Below, one piece after another: positions 36,188 through 49,060 of a DNA stretch of 64,000 nt. Both the position numbers and the translations under genes were made by a program. Under the pieces are notes generated by a model that made no database searches, was not told the origin of the DNA, and saw nothing but the letters and a program-made list of their open reading frames with translations. Within the stretch, counting starts at the first letter, position 1; the number at the start of each line of letters is the position of its first letter. The stretch comes from Marsupella aquatica. Lineage: Eukaryota; Plantae; Marchantiophyta. The DNA is taken from assembly GCA_973895155.1 (NCBI GenBank), contig OZ316891.1:2927801-2991800 (forward strand), in the 5' to 3' direction.

Positions 36188-38039
36188 TAGAATATTAAGA
36201 TTTGCCTGTAAAAATCCTTTGTAGGGTTCACCAGGACCTCGAAATACTTTGGACGTCGGCGCACCCTTCATGATTACTTATTTTGCGCTCGCAGTATGGT
36301 AATCTATCTCTATTGACACCTGTCAGCTCAGAAACGAACTTCACCGGGAAGATCATTCCCCCTCTCATTGTTGAACGAAGGAGCACATTCGAAGTTGAGG
36401 TGTCCCAAATCTAGTGGGATATGTTAGAGTGAAATTGTACTTTAATCGGAGCTGTCAAGCTCTCCTCAAACGGCGATTGGTTTGGGCGTGGAAGCAGGTG
36501 AGATTCTCGCAACTGGGTTTTGCCAAATCTATCCAGATTCTATCCTGAAAAAACAACGCCAGCCTTTCTCACAATAATGGAGGCAGATAAAATACCCTAA
36601 AAATAGGGTTGTGATATCAGAACTCGACCTTAAATTCCTCGTTACGTCAATGCGATCTTGTTGTACTATGATTATAATGATGACAAGATGAACTTACAGC
36701 ATCTCCAAAGATGCAGGAAAATGGGAGTCGTTTCAACTGCAACTTCGTAGGAAGTGAGCAAAATCTGAAAACCTTTTGAAGCGTACCTTGTGGTTAATTA
36801 TACTGGCAGTGCAATTTCTTTTCCAGACACGATGCACGATGTGACAACTTACTCATGATTGGTTTGGCCTCGGGCGTTAACGAGAACATATTGTGGAAAA
36901 GTTTATATTAAGCCCGCAGCATACTGAAAAGACAGCTATGCAAGGAAGAGGAAACTTTCCAATCTCCTCTAGCAAAAACGTCAAATCTAACACTATAATA
37001 GACAATCCCGTCCATTTGGCCATTTTTGTCCGTCATCCCGTTACGAATTTGAATATCAACGGGAATGAAACTGAACCGTCAATTAAAGCATCTCTTTTTT
37101 CGTATCCATCCGATCGTGAAACGAGACATGCACCAGATTTTGCTCCCTTCCGTGCACCCCCGTGCACTCATTATGCCCCTCCATTCCCACCCGCAGCAAG
37201 GACCTCCGCATAGGGCTTCGCGACCCACGTTTACATTCCATGCACTTTCTCCCTATGGGACCGGCCCTCCTTGCACAGTGCAACGCACTGGCATAGGGCT
37301 CATATATCATATAAGAGACAAACAAAGACTTTCCATATCCATCTTGGCAATGGATGAGAACCTCCTCACAAAAGGAAGTATCAGAGGACAAGAATCAGAC
37401 ATCACTTACAATTTATTTATTTATTTATTGCCTAAAGGGCCAAAACAAAGTGTATACACACGGCCAAATAAGGGGAGCCCATGTCCAAACATTGGAAGGA
37501 GGATAGGATGATGATGGGTCCCACTGATATGAACAAGACGTAGAGGTCAGAGTGTAGGAAATTAATCTGGATCACCCAACTACTTTCAAGAAATCAAATG
37601 CAAATTTGAAGGAGTCCTACTGGATTTCTTCCTGGGGAGGGGTCACTTCCAAAGAAGTAACAGATCACATGTGACAAATTATATAGTCAATTTAATCATT
37701 TTGAGCAAGACCTATTGAAATGCTGAGGGCAATAATGAGTTTTTTTATTGAAAAATTCATACGCATTATCATATGGTTGGTGCACCCTTACAAATTTAAA
37801 TTTAAAGTGATTAAGGGGGTCATAAATAACCCAACTTTTTGATGTGATATATGACCGTTCAAATAGTCACCCCAAGGATTTCTTTTCTAGCTGAAGGTGA
37901 GGTGTTGTCAACAACCTTTGCAACCCATGAGAGATTTTCTTTGAATTGACTTCCTTTCTTGGTATGTTGAGCAACATTAAAGAGAAACGTCAATCGGAAA
38001 TTAGTTCGTGGACCCCTTGGCTAATAAAATCAGGGGGAA

Positions 38040-38380
38040 GAGTCGATCTGAGACATCTCCATTTCTTATCTCCGGAAATCTCGTCCGTCCATCATAATGG
38101 CCAATCTATGGCTCAAAAGAAAGATCTCAAATAGATCTATGGATGGATTCTGCCCGTTTTGCAAATGGGTTAATATTTTTCAAATGAAAAATTCAACAAA
38201 TCCAAGCCTTCCTAGCCGTCGATTTTGTTGATTTTATGATCTTTGCTGTCCATTTTGTAATGCCTCTAGAAATCTTATTCATCCATGTTAGAAGGTGATC
38301 TAGGGTGCAAAAGAAAGATCTCAATGAGATCTACGACTGGGTATTTTTTGTTTTGAGAATGAGTAAATAGTTTGAGTATA
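38040..38380. repeat. Second locus of the GATCTACGG dispersed repeat (two subunits)
   Basis: Similarity to 32780..32880. Confidence 0.5.
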
Positions 38381-39375
38381 AAATTCAATGAACTTTCAAG
38401 ATTCCAACCACTCCTCCTCCCCGATCCTGGGTTTCTATGTGCTCTTCCCAGCATTAATGGCCATACAATACGAGAGGTCCTTACATACCGGGAGTTGCGG
38501 TTTAACAAGGAAGTTATCAAGTTAGTTATTAGTCATTATTTATTATATGAAAAATACTTTTTATAAATCTTTGAATTTAAGTTTTAAAATTGGAAATGTA
38601 ACTAAAACGGTTACATAGTGATAGTTTTAACCGTCTTGCTCTTTGCATTTCCAATGTTTTTACTTTTCTTTTTATGGCACGGCGTCCCAAAATTTACACC
38701 CAAATTGACACAAACACGAATGAAAACTATAAGTTTGATTCACAAAATCGACGAGTCTTGTTTGTTGCGGTTGTTGTTGACATGGCACGTTGTGGTGCCA
38801 GGAATCTTAGAAGGGACCTCTAGTGGGGTCCGTAATGACGATAACTTTTTTACGGGAAGTTTGTTGGAGGACTTCTTGGATGCGTTGGAAATCTCTTGAG
38901 AAGTACTACATCCTCCTGAGCTCATTTGGGTCTGAGGGTGACTTTGGGTCTTGAGGCTTGTGGAGGTATCGCGCCCGCTTGCCAAATCTTGCCGAAACAG
39001 CAGCCAAGCAACGTTCAGTTTCCCATGGGAGCTTGTGTTGGGGAAACATTACAGAGTAGGCACAGGTGTTGAGGTCCAAGTGCATTTGGCCCCTAGACTC
39101 TCGGTTGGGTGGAACCTTAGAGATGGTTGCTAGAGTCAAAGTCAAACTGGTCCCATCATTTAGGACAAGCTTTAGGACAAGCTAGCTTACTTGGGCTATG
39201 AGCATATCCTGGGGCAGGGCTGTCAGCTAGTGATGAATAGGAAGTGGGGAAGCATGGGCAACACCCGTAGAGGGGCTGTTCTGGACAAACAGGGGGTGTC
39301 GGCTCTGACTTTGGCTTATGGCAAGGCCATGTGGTCCTGAGAGGTTCTATTCGCTAACCTATTTACCGATGTCTA

Positions 39376-39850
39376 TGTTGGGTATTTACTCTTACGTCTA
39401 GGTTAGGTATGACGTGGTTGGTACAACAACGTGGGTTGGTACAACTACGTGGTTAGGTACAACTACGTGATTAGGTACAACTATGTGGTTAGGTACAACT
39501 ACGTGATTAGGTACAACTATGTGGTTAGGTACAACTACGTGATTAGGTACAACTATGTGGTTAGGTACAACTATGTGGTTAGGTACAACTAAGTTGCACA
39601 CTATATCATAAGAGGCATGTGTGCTTGGAGAGGTAGAACCAAGGCTCATTGTTATGGAGCCACTTGAGAGATAGGGAGAGCTTACACTGTGGAGACTCGG
39701 TATAGCCGACGGGCTTAGAGTTCAGTAAAGCTCTCTTGTGTGTTCTCGTGGACGTAGCCTCAAGGAGGTGAACCACGTATCTCTTGTGTCGACTATTGTG
39801 CGTTGGATGGTTCATGGGCTTGTCGTTGCGATCGTCGTCTATGCTCAAAA
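39376..39850 (+). repeat. Copia 5' LTR (475 bp) containing ~10 copies of an 18-bp unit (GGTTAGGTACAACTAYGT, 39401..39590)
   Basis: Both ends match the 3' LTR. The terminal CA appears mutated to AA. Confidence 0.9.
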
Positions 39851-39852
39851 AT

Positions 39853-39864
39853 TGGTATCAGAGC
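39853..39864 (+). promoter_or_regulatory. PBS complementary to tRNA-iMet (TGGTATCAGAGC)
   Basis: Canonical plant PBS motif 2 nt after the LTR. Confidence 0.95.
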
Positions 39865-40984
39865 ATGCTTGGGAGGTGACGTGTGTTCGTGACGGGATTT
39901 CATGACGGTTTTCCCAGCGTTGAGTGTTGGTGGATTTTCCAGAGTTCCATCGCATGGAACTTGGAGTTTATGGGCTCAACGGATAGATCAGGGCAAGAGC
40001 TTTCTAACGGTGTGAAGAAATCGTTGAACGGAGCTCGTGGTGCAGAGAGATCTAAGTTTTCGTCGTTCTGGATTTTGTGAAGAAAGTTGGCAATCGACTC
40101 AGAGGGAGAAGCGTCAAGTGTTTTGACTCAACGGAGAGATTGAGGCAAGACGATTGTTTTTGAGTCCGGGATTGGCTCTTTGATGCAAAGAGGAAGGCTA
40201 AGCAAAATCAATTACCTTGTTGGACTTGGTGACGGCACCAAGTGCAATTGATCAACATTCATTGTTGACAAGGTACCATTTTTTTCTCTTTGAAAAACTG
40301 ATTCGAAATTGGCTATGGCAATTGAGAGAAATCTGTCATCTTTACCAATTTTTTTCTCCCTCGTTCTTTCCTCGTTTTGGGTGCTTCTTATATCGATCTT
40401 CATCACCTCGGAGTCTAGTTTCCAAATCTGAAATCGGATCTTGATTTAGTCAAAACCCGAGTGAGATATCTTGCGTTTGGTGTCGAGGGGTATATTCTGC
40501 CGTGTGTATTTTCTGCGCGCGCGACCAGATTTCGACGACGAAGGGTGGTAGGGGGTTTTGGGGGTTCGAGGACACATGTCAGCCCCTCGATTGTTCTTCC
40601 AAAATTCCCACAGGGCCTGTACAAGGGTCATAGAATATTCCAAAAAACCAGAGAGCTATTTTTTGACCGTCCGACGGTAACTTTTTTGGTTATTTTTCGG
40701 CGAGGTCGTAGCCATTGAAGTTGGCAATGCAGCGCACCAATCACATCGCAATTCCGACAACGGGTTGTACTTGGTATTTCGGTTATTCCCTGAGGTGGTC
40801 AAAACGGGGGAGTTTCCCAAGGTTTTACCCACCTCGACCGAAATTTGAATAACTTTTCTGTCAAATTTCGATTTTGATTTTGGTTTTCAGTATTGGACTC
40901 CTAGCTTTGTGGGCTACGTGGCGGTGTTGAGTTTCAAGTTTTTTGAGAAGTTGTGAAAAACAACATTTTTTGTGACTTTCTCAT

Positions 40985-43900
40985 ATGAGTGATTCGGAGG
41001 AGTTTTTCGAAGATGTGGAACTTGAAGCACGAGGGTCACCGCAGAGGTTTCAGGGGCAGAGAGAGGAGCAGGAGGAAGAGCACGTGACACCGATACCATC
41101 ACCGGTGCGGCGTGTGGTGGAGGAAGCAGTACTACTACCGGAGCTCACGGTAAAGAAGAAGATGGGGACTTTCAAGCTTGGGGGACCCAAGTATGAAGTG
41201 ACAAAGTATGATGGGCGCTCTGACTACTTGCTATGGGAGAAGCAGGTGAAGGGAGTGCTTTATGCGTCAGGGATGGGCCAACTGCTGAGCCCTCGTGAAG
41301 ACAATGTTGATGAGAAACAATGGGACCGCATGCAGGAGCAGGGAGTGTGGTGTGTTACACTCTATCTCATGCCTCCCATCATCAAGCAGTTGGGTGCACA
41401 TAAGGATTGCATGTCCTTATTTGCGGAATTGCAGAGCAAGTATCACCGCAAGGAGTTGTCGAACCGGCTCTACACTTCCTACAAACTGATGAGTTTCAGG
41501 ATGAAGGAATCTGGTACGAAATTGCAAGACCATGTGGATGCTTTCAACGACATGGTCGTTGACTTGGAAAACCTTGGGGAGACTTTGAATGATGAGACGA
41601 AGGCTCTGCAGCTTCTTAGTTCATTGCCTCCATCTTACCAGTCCCTATCACGAGTGTTGTTGCATCGTGATAGGGATACCATTTCATACAATGACGTGGT
41701 AAGTTCTCTGCTTAGTGATGATCTTCAGCAGAAGATGCACATCACATCACAGCCTTCATCATCTGGTGCTGCCCTCAATGTTAACCGTGGGAGGAGTATG
41801 CAGCGACCAACTGGGGACCGTAGAACCCAGTTTAGATCTAAATCCAGATCTAAGTCCAAGGGTAAATCCCCTCAGAGGAGGCAGGTGACATGTTGGAAGT
41901 GCAACCAAGTTGGACACTTCAAGCGAGACTGTAAGGGAAAGGCAGCGGAAACTTCATCGGCAAATGTGGCTAGGGCTGATGGAGAAGCTGATTTACTCAA
42001 TGATGAGTATGTTTTATGAAGCCGGGGGTATGCCCTGTGCACGTCATCTAGGAGAGCAGATGATGTGTGGATTCTTGATTGTGCTTGCTCTTTTCATATT
42101 TGTTACATTCGTGAGTTTTTCAGTTCTTACTCTATTTCAAACGGTTCAGTTCTGATGGGAAATGATCACTCCTGTCAAATTGAGGGAATTGGGTCTGTGA
42201 AGATTCAAATGTTTGATGGCGCTGTGCGCACAGTGTCCGGAGTCAGGTTTGTACCTGGCATGCGTAAGAATCTGATTTCACTCGGTGTGTTGGATTCAAA
42301 TGGTCATCAATGGAGCGTTATTGATGGTGAACTTCAAGTCAGGTCGGGAGAGACAGTGATTTTGAAGGGGAGTAGACAAAAGAATTTGTATGTGTTACAG
42401 GGCAATACTGTATGTGGAGAGGCCAATGTAACCAAGTCTCACGAGGAGATGACTCAACTGTGGCATTCACGGCTAGGCCACATGAGTGAGAAGGGTTTGG
42501 CTATCTTACGGAAGAATGGACTCATTTCTGATTTGCAATCTTGTAAATTAGAGTTTTGTGAGCATTGCATTCTTGGAAAGCAGCATTGTCGTGCTTTTGG
42601 TGTTGGAACTCATCGTTCCAAAGCGGTTCTTGAGTACATACATAGTGACGTGTGGGGTCCATCCCCGACTCCCTCACACTCTGGAAAGTTGTACTATGTA
42701 TCATTTATTGATGATTACTCAAGATTTGTGTGGATTTATTTCATGACGCATAAGTCTGATGTCTTGTCCATTTTTAAGAAGTGGAAGGCCCAGGTGGAGA
42801 ATCAGACTGGAAACATGATCAAGTGTTTGGATACAAGGGTGAAGAGTCTGAGGTCAGACAATGGCGGGGAGTACACTTCAATGGAATTTGAAGAGTACTG
42901 TTCAGAACAGGGGATAACTCGCCATCTCACCACAGTTTATACTCCGCAGTAGAATGGTGTCGCTGAGAGGCTCAATCGGACACTGTTGGAGTGGTCACGG
43001 AGTATGTTGAGCCAATCAGGTTTACCACAAGAATTTTGGGCAAAAGCTGTCAATACCGCAGCTTATTTGGTAAATCTTTCTCCTTCTAGTGCTATCAATT
43101 TCAAAACGCCGTTTGAGATGCGCTATAAGCGGCAAGCAGACTATCATGGCTTGGTAATTTTTGGAAGTGATGCATATGCTCTCACACCAAAGCAGAATAG
43201 GACCAAGTTGGATCCTACCTCCAGGAAATGTGTTTTTCTTGGGTACCAGAGTGGTGTGAAAGCCTATAGGCTATGGGATCCTATTGCCTGTAAGCTCGTT
43301 GTCAGTAGGGATGTTTCCTTCAATGAATCCAGATTATTGAAGGAGGGGGAGAATACTCAGGTCTCCCGTACTGACAAAGGAAAATCTCCTATCCCGGATC
43401 TCGTTGAGGGGGAGATTGGTTATGAGGTGCATGACCGGAGAGAAGGAGTTGCTCCAATTATGGAGCTGGTTCCTGTGCCAGAGGAACCAGAGGAGTTTGT
43501 TGATGCTGGTGAGCAGCAAGTGGATGCTGTTGAGCTTCAAATTGTACCAGCACACGCAGATCAACCGGAGTCATCGGCTAGAAGAACATCTGGTCGCACT
43601 GTACGCGCTCCATCAAGGTATGGACAGTGGGTTGATTCATCTCAACTGCAAGAGGATGATTTTACAGCTGATGATGAGGGTGATGCGTTAATTTTGGAAG
43701 AAGGAGAACCTTCTTCATTTCATGAGGCAAGTGCTTCAAAGGAGAAGCAGAAGTGGACTGCAGCAATGCAAACGGAGATGCAGTCACTAAAGGACAACAA
43801 AACTTGGGAGCTTGTTAAGCTGCCTAAGGGTCAGCAAGTGGTGGACAGCAAGTGGATTTACAAGCTGAAGGATAATTCCATAGGAGGTGGATCGAAGGTC

Positions 43901-45292
43901 TACAAGGCTAGATTGGTAGCAAAGGGATTCACACAAGAGAAAGGTGTGGATTACAATGAGGTCTTCTCACCAGTTGCTAAGTACTCTACAATACGACTAT
44001 TGTGTGTACTTGTTGTAATGTTTGGTCTGCTCCTAGATCAGATGGATGTTGTCACAGCTTTCCTCTATGGCACATTGGAAGAGGTGATCTTCATGAGACA
44101 ACCGCTAGGTTTTGTGAAGAGAGGACAGGAGGAATTGGTTTGCAGATTGCTGAAATCCTTGTATGGGTTGAAGCAGTCACCAAGACAGTGGAACAAGCGG
44201 TTTGACGATTGGATTCGGTCACAAGGTTTTCACATAAGTGTATTTGACCCTTGTGTGTATTTGAAACCGGTGAAGAATGTTGTCTTTGGGTTCATTGTTT
44301 TAGTACTTTATGTGGATGACATGCTAATTGCAGCCAATGATAGGTCTGAGATTGTTAAGCTCAAGGCACTGCTTAGGGCAGAGTTTAAGATGAAGGACTT
44401 AGGGCCAGCTAAGAGGATTTTGGGTATGGAGATCACTAGGGACTTGGAGGCTGGCAAGCTATGGTTGACGCAGAGCAGTTATGCGAGGAAGGTAATTGCA
44501 AGGTTCAACATGGAGAATAGCAAGCCAGTAAGTACCCCGTTGGCTCCACACTTCAAGTTATCATCAGCGTTCTGTCCTACGGATGACACAGAGAAGGGGT
44601 TGATGTCAAAGGTTCCATATGACAAGGCAGTGGGGAGTCTCATGTATTTGATGACTTGCACTAGACCTGATCTTGCCATGGCTATGGGCAAGGTGAGCAG
44701 GTACATGTCGAATCCAGGGAAGGTACACTGGGAAGCAGTGAAGTGGATTATCAGGTACTTGAAGGGTACCGTGGATCATGGTCTTTTATTTGATGCGAAT
44801 GCAAAGAATGCTAGATCATTGATTGGCTATGTAGATTCTGACTATGGACAAGATTTGGACCGAAGGAGATCAACAACAGGATACGTGTTCACACTTGGCG
44901 GTGGATGCATAAGTTGGAGGTCTACTTTGCAGAAGTGTATTGCTCAGTCTACTACAGAAGCGGAGTATGTTGCAGCTGCGGAAGCAGCAAAGGAAGCGAT
45001 TTGGTTGGATAGACTTATCACTGAAATGGGATTGCCACAGGGGAATGTGAAGCTCCATTGTGATAGTCAAAGTGTGCTCCACCTTGCTGTGAACCAGGTG
45101 ATGGACAGCAGAGTGAAGCACATTGACGTCAGGTACCATTTTATCAGGCAGGCTGTGTCTGATAATTTGTTTGAGCTAGTCAAGATTGATGGTAAACTCA
45201 ACCCGGCTGACGCATTTACCAAAGTGATTCCTTTGGAGAGTTTCTCTAGACACCGTGACGTATTGCAGGTTTTGCAATTGCATCACAAGTAG
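40985..45292 (+). pseudogene. Copia gag-pol in a single reading frame with two in-frame stops (42017-42019 TGA, 42950-42952 TAG)
   Basis: CWKCNQVGHFKRDC, WILDCACSFH, WHSRLGH, HSDVWGP, LRSDNGGEY, YKARLVAKGF, LYVDDML and KHIDVRYHF. ORFs starting at 40985, 42065 and 42986 share one frame. Confidence 0.95.
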
Positions 45293-45472
45293 AGTTTTCT
45301 TAAACATTCATTGTAATTACTGATATATGCTCTTCCTCATTCCTATGTATTAGGCTACGGCTTAGTTCTGGTTTGCTCTAGTTAGAGAGGGAAACCGGTT
45401 TGGTTTCTGTCCAGAACTTCCCGCTGAGGGATCATATACATTGGCAGTATTATTCTCCCCTAGACCAGAGTC

Positions 45473-45483
45473 AAGGGGAAGAT
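45473..45483 (+). other. Copia polypurine tract
   Basis: AAGGGGAAGAT immediately before the 3' LTR. Confidence 0.8.
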
Positions 45484-45542
45484 TGTTGGGTATTTACTCT
45501 TACGTCTAGGCTTGCCGTTGCGATCGTCGTCTATGCTCAACA
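45484..45542 (+). repeat. Copia 3' LTR, internally deleted to 59 bp
   Basis: The first ~27 and last ~32 nt of the 5' LTR are joined directly, then followed by TSD GTCTA. Confidence 0.9.
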
Positions 45543-47428
45543 GTCTATTGAGCTTGAGTCAAGACACTAGTATTGAATTTCATAGATCCTATGGGGTTAC
45601 TTATCGAGGTGTTTGGTTGCTTGTGCAAGCAATGAGGACTGTTGAACGACGGTCGTGTTAGGGAGCAAGTAAGGCTTTGTATGGGAGTTGCCGCCAAAGG
45701 TGCGAAAGGTACTAAGTTGATTGCTCAGGGAGTTCTGTGTAGGCATTCAGGCACCAATGGTAGTACTTAGGCGAGGGTGATGAGATTGGTGAGGGTGCTG
45801 GGTGGCTAGGTCCACCACTAAGGGCAAGGTAAAAATTCTGATTAGCTTACCATTTCTTAGTCTTGTTTACATGTTTATTTGATGGGTTGGAGGCCACTCA
45901 GGTAAATCCAATGTTTGTGGCAAATGTAATGTTGGTTTGACTCTATTGAGATAGATTTGCTACTCATCGTTTGTTGCACATTGCCCTACCATTCTTCTCC
46001 CCCGTTTGATACCTTTGAGTTAGTCACCATGATGTTGGGTCTAATGTTGATGCGACATAGCATTGACTGTCCATTCTTCATGTCACGGTTACACTTGACT
46101 ACATGAACTACTTTTATGATGTCATAGTTTGGCATGTATTTGATTAATTATGTAGCTTCATACTTAGGTAGTTCACACATATGTCATGTAGTTGAGTAGA
46201 ACCAGTTGAGTATGGTTCTGCTCCAATTTAAGATATAGTTAGTTTTGGGCAGTTCCAGGAGTTTAAGCTAGTTTCTTGGGTGTGTCTCCTTGGATCATGT
46301 TTTCTATTGCTCCCTGTTGGACATCAATGTGATATGAGCAAATCCCAAACCATTTTGTTTAGTGATAGGTGGTCTTTTGCAACTCATTGTAGTAAGTTCC
46401 TTCCTTTATGTTGAAAGTTAGATTCAAGATTGAGGGGGAAGCTAGTTTGGCTCGAGAGTTCTGAGCACCTTTAAGTTGTATCAAGGAGATTACACTCCTT
46501 ACCATGTTTGCTGAACTTGCTATTAAAGTAAAATATTTGTGTACAAGTGTTTCTCATTGCACCTAGAAGATCCTAGAGATGGTGCCTATTTGCAGTTGCA
46601 ACCTCATTTTGTTATGTAGAACTTGTATTAAAAATTACTATGCAAAGTGAAGTAGAATTTTGTATGAATTTGTAACAAGAATTCTCTTTGATTCCATCTG
46701 GTGCTGCTTGATCATTGAAGGTATACACACTAGTAGTTCTTTCTAAATTATGCATCATTCTGAAAGAACTCATGACTGTTGACGGCATTGTAGCTTGGGG
46801 GTCTCACTTTATGGAGTCCCCCAATCACCTGTGACAGTTTTAGGTTGAGTACACCTAAAACTTAACAAAATTTGAAAGTATTTTATCCCTATTAACTTTG
46901 AATGTTCTTTGAATATTCTATAAATTAATTGGGTTTAAATTCTATCTTCTCCTATGAATTGCAAAAAATTGATTTAAAAGACCTTCATGTTCTCAAAGAA
47001 TTTTATTAAGTCTTTCCTTTGAACCAATAAAACTACCTTATGCTTTATCACAAATGACATGCATGCGACCCCCAAGCATTGTAATGTTGATCCTTCTTCA
47101 AATTTTAGCCAGAAAGGTGTGGTGGATTGGGTGAGCCAACAGAGCAAATTCAAGGAATTCGTGGCAAGTAGAATCTGCTAATTAAAAGCTAAATTTGTCT
47201 CACCCCAAATATCTTAAAATTGCCAGAGTTCTTGTGTAAGAAGTGGAGACGTAGTACAAGTACTTCTGATCTTGATCTTGATTCTAAAAGTCACTTTGTC
47301 ATTCCTACACAAATGAGTTTGTTTTGGTGTGTTTTGTTAATTGCCAGCATTTATTTAAATTCTGTTTTGCCTACGATGTTGAATAAACATCTAAAACTAC
47401 TCAAAACATGCACTAAGCTATACATTTC

Positions 47429-47736
47429 TTTTTTTGTCTTGAACGGAAATGGGGAGGAAATACAATTAGACTCCCCCCATCCCAATGTGACAGTTTTTCT
47501 GTAGGGAACCCAGACCAGGGTGAGCCCCAACGGATCCGACAGGGACCCGCACCAGGAAGGAGAGAGGATTAAATCAGGACCACAAAGTGGACGACCAGGG
47601 GCCGAACAGGTAATCAGAACTCCAATCCACTACCCACAAAACCCATCCCACCCACACACAAATACCCTCCACACCCCAGTGTGTGGAGGGGGGATTGAAC
47701 CTGAGAGGTTCCAGACAAATCCCCTAGCCAATTGGT
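47429..47736 (-). mobile_element. tRNA-derived SINE, ~308 bp
   Basis: 15-bp TSD TAAGCTATACATTTC (47414-47428 and 47737-47751). The T-run at 47429-47435 is the A tail. B-box GGTTCAATCCC lies near the 5' end on the minus strand. Confidence 0.8.
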
Positions 47737-49060
47737 TAAGCTATACATTTCATCCTTACTTGTTCCTTATGAATTCAAACACTTGGTTTTAATTCAGATA
47801 TTGGCATATTGACATACTACCAAAACCCCTAGTGGCAGCAAACTGAAAAACCTGGTGAAACTTTGGAGTAAGCCACATAGGGGGATCTACGTCTAGAGGA
47901 ATGCGTCTACTTAGAGACCCTCAAACCATCAGCCTTGGTTGTACTAATGGAATAATGAATACCAGAGCACTGTGGGGTGCAATAGACACCCACTGTCTGA
48001 ACAAGGTAGTGATGAAACTAGGGGTTAAGGCCCCCGCTCTGTACAACAGACCACATGTGCTATTAGAAAACTAAGTACCATGGAAAATCAAAAGAGGTTA
48101 CAAGAGGATAAATACTAAACTCAAAAAATAGGGCAAATGCAACCCCACAAACCAAGAAAAAGGAAAACTAAACTAGGAGTCAGATAAAGATTTACCACTT
48201 CAATAGTGTGATGAGCTAGTGATCCACATCTAGAGAGTAGGGTTGCATTGAGCAAAATCAGCCTAAACTCACTCTGGGTTTCAAGGAGTGAACAACTAAG
48301 TAACATAACCATGCAAGAATCTTTCTGACCCAAAAAGGGAATACCCACCTCTTTCACAGACCTAACTACAAGCCGGGGAGGAAGAGGAACATTGACAGTC
48401 AGACATATTCAGAAGACATCAAAAAGTAGAGATTGAACATTGATATATAGTAATTACGCTTTCAGCTCCTAAATAACTGAGCAGATGCATGTTGAAGTCT
48501 AGGTCCAGATTCTCTGGGATTCGTGACTTCGTTTCTTCTCAGGTGTTGGTACATTGAAGTTCTCAATTGAGAAACTTTACAGTTTACATAATCGTTTCAG
48601 CCTCATGAACATCTAGAGATAGAAAAAGGGATAAACGAAGACAGCTGTAGAACCCAAGCTGAGTTCAAGTGCAATGCTCGCTAGTATCTTTTGCGCATGG
48701 GGACATCTTTAGCTTAAAACCAGTAAAAATGTTCCATGTTATCCAGTCTAGTGCCCCAGCATCTCACCGTAAGTACTTCCACCTGCAGTGATCACTCAAT
48801 AGACTTGCACTCCAGACCCTTCTCAGCCAACTAGGGAGGTGGTTCGCCATATAACTGGACACCCCGGGATTGTACAGAGCGACCATCCCCTACATCTTTG
48901 CAACCCTGCGTGATTACATTGAATTTGACCTGAGTCGGTCGGAGAGTCGATAAGACCTGAAAATTGGCACATGCCCAAGGGTAAAACCTAAAGTCTAGGT
49001 GTCCCGGTCACCTTTTACAACAAGAGTTTCGCGATTGCCAACCTGGTCAGTAAACGGTAC

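Larger units (their letters stand above)
39376..45542 (+). mobile_element. Ty1/Copia LTR retrotransposon (Tnt1-like polyprotein)
   Basis: TSD GTCTA at 39371-39375 and 45543-45547. LTRs start TGTTGGGTATTTAC. PBS, gag-PR-INT-RT-RH order and PPT are present. Confidence 0.96.

Noticed and set aside
39398-39649. ORF with VVPNH(I/V) repeats
   Set aside because: It is the antisense translation of the 18-bp tandem repeat in the Copia LTR.
45543-46445. Older retroelement hosting the Copia insertion (PPT-like TTGAGGGGGAAG at ~46430)
   Set aside because: Too decayed: no readable domain motif, LTR pair or TSD could be established.
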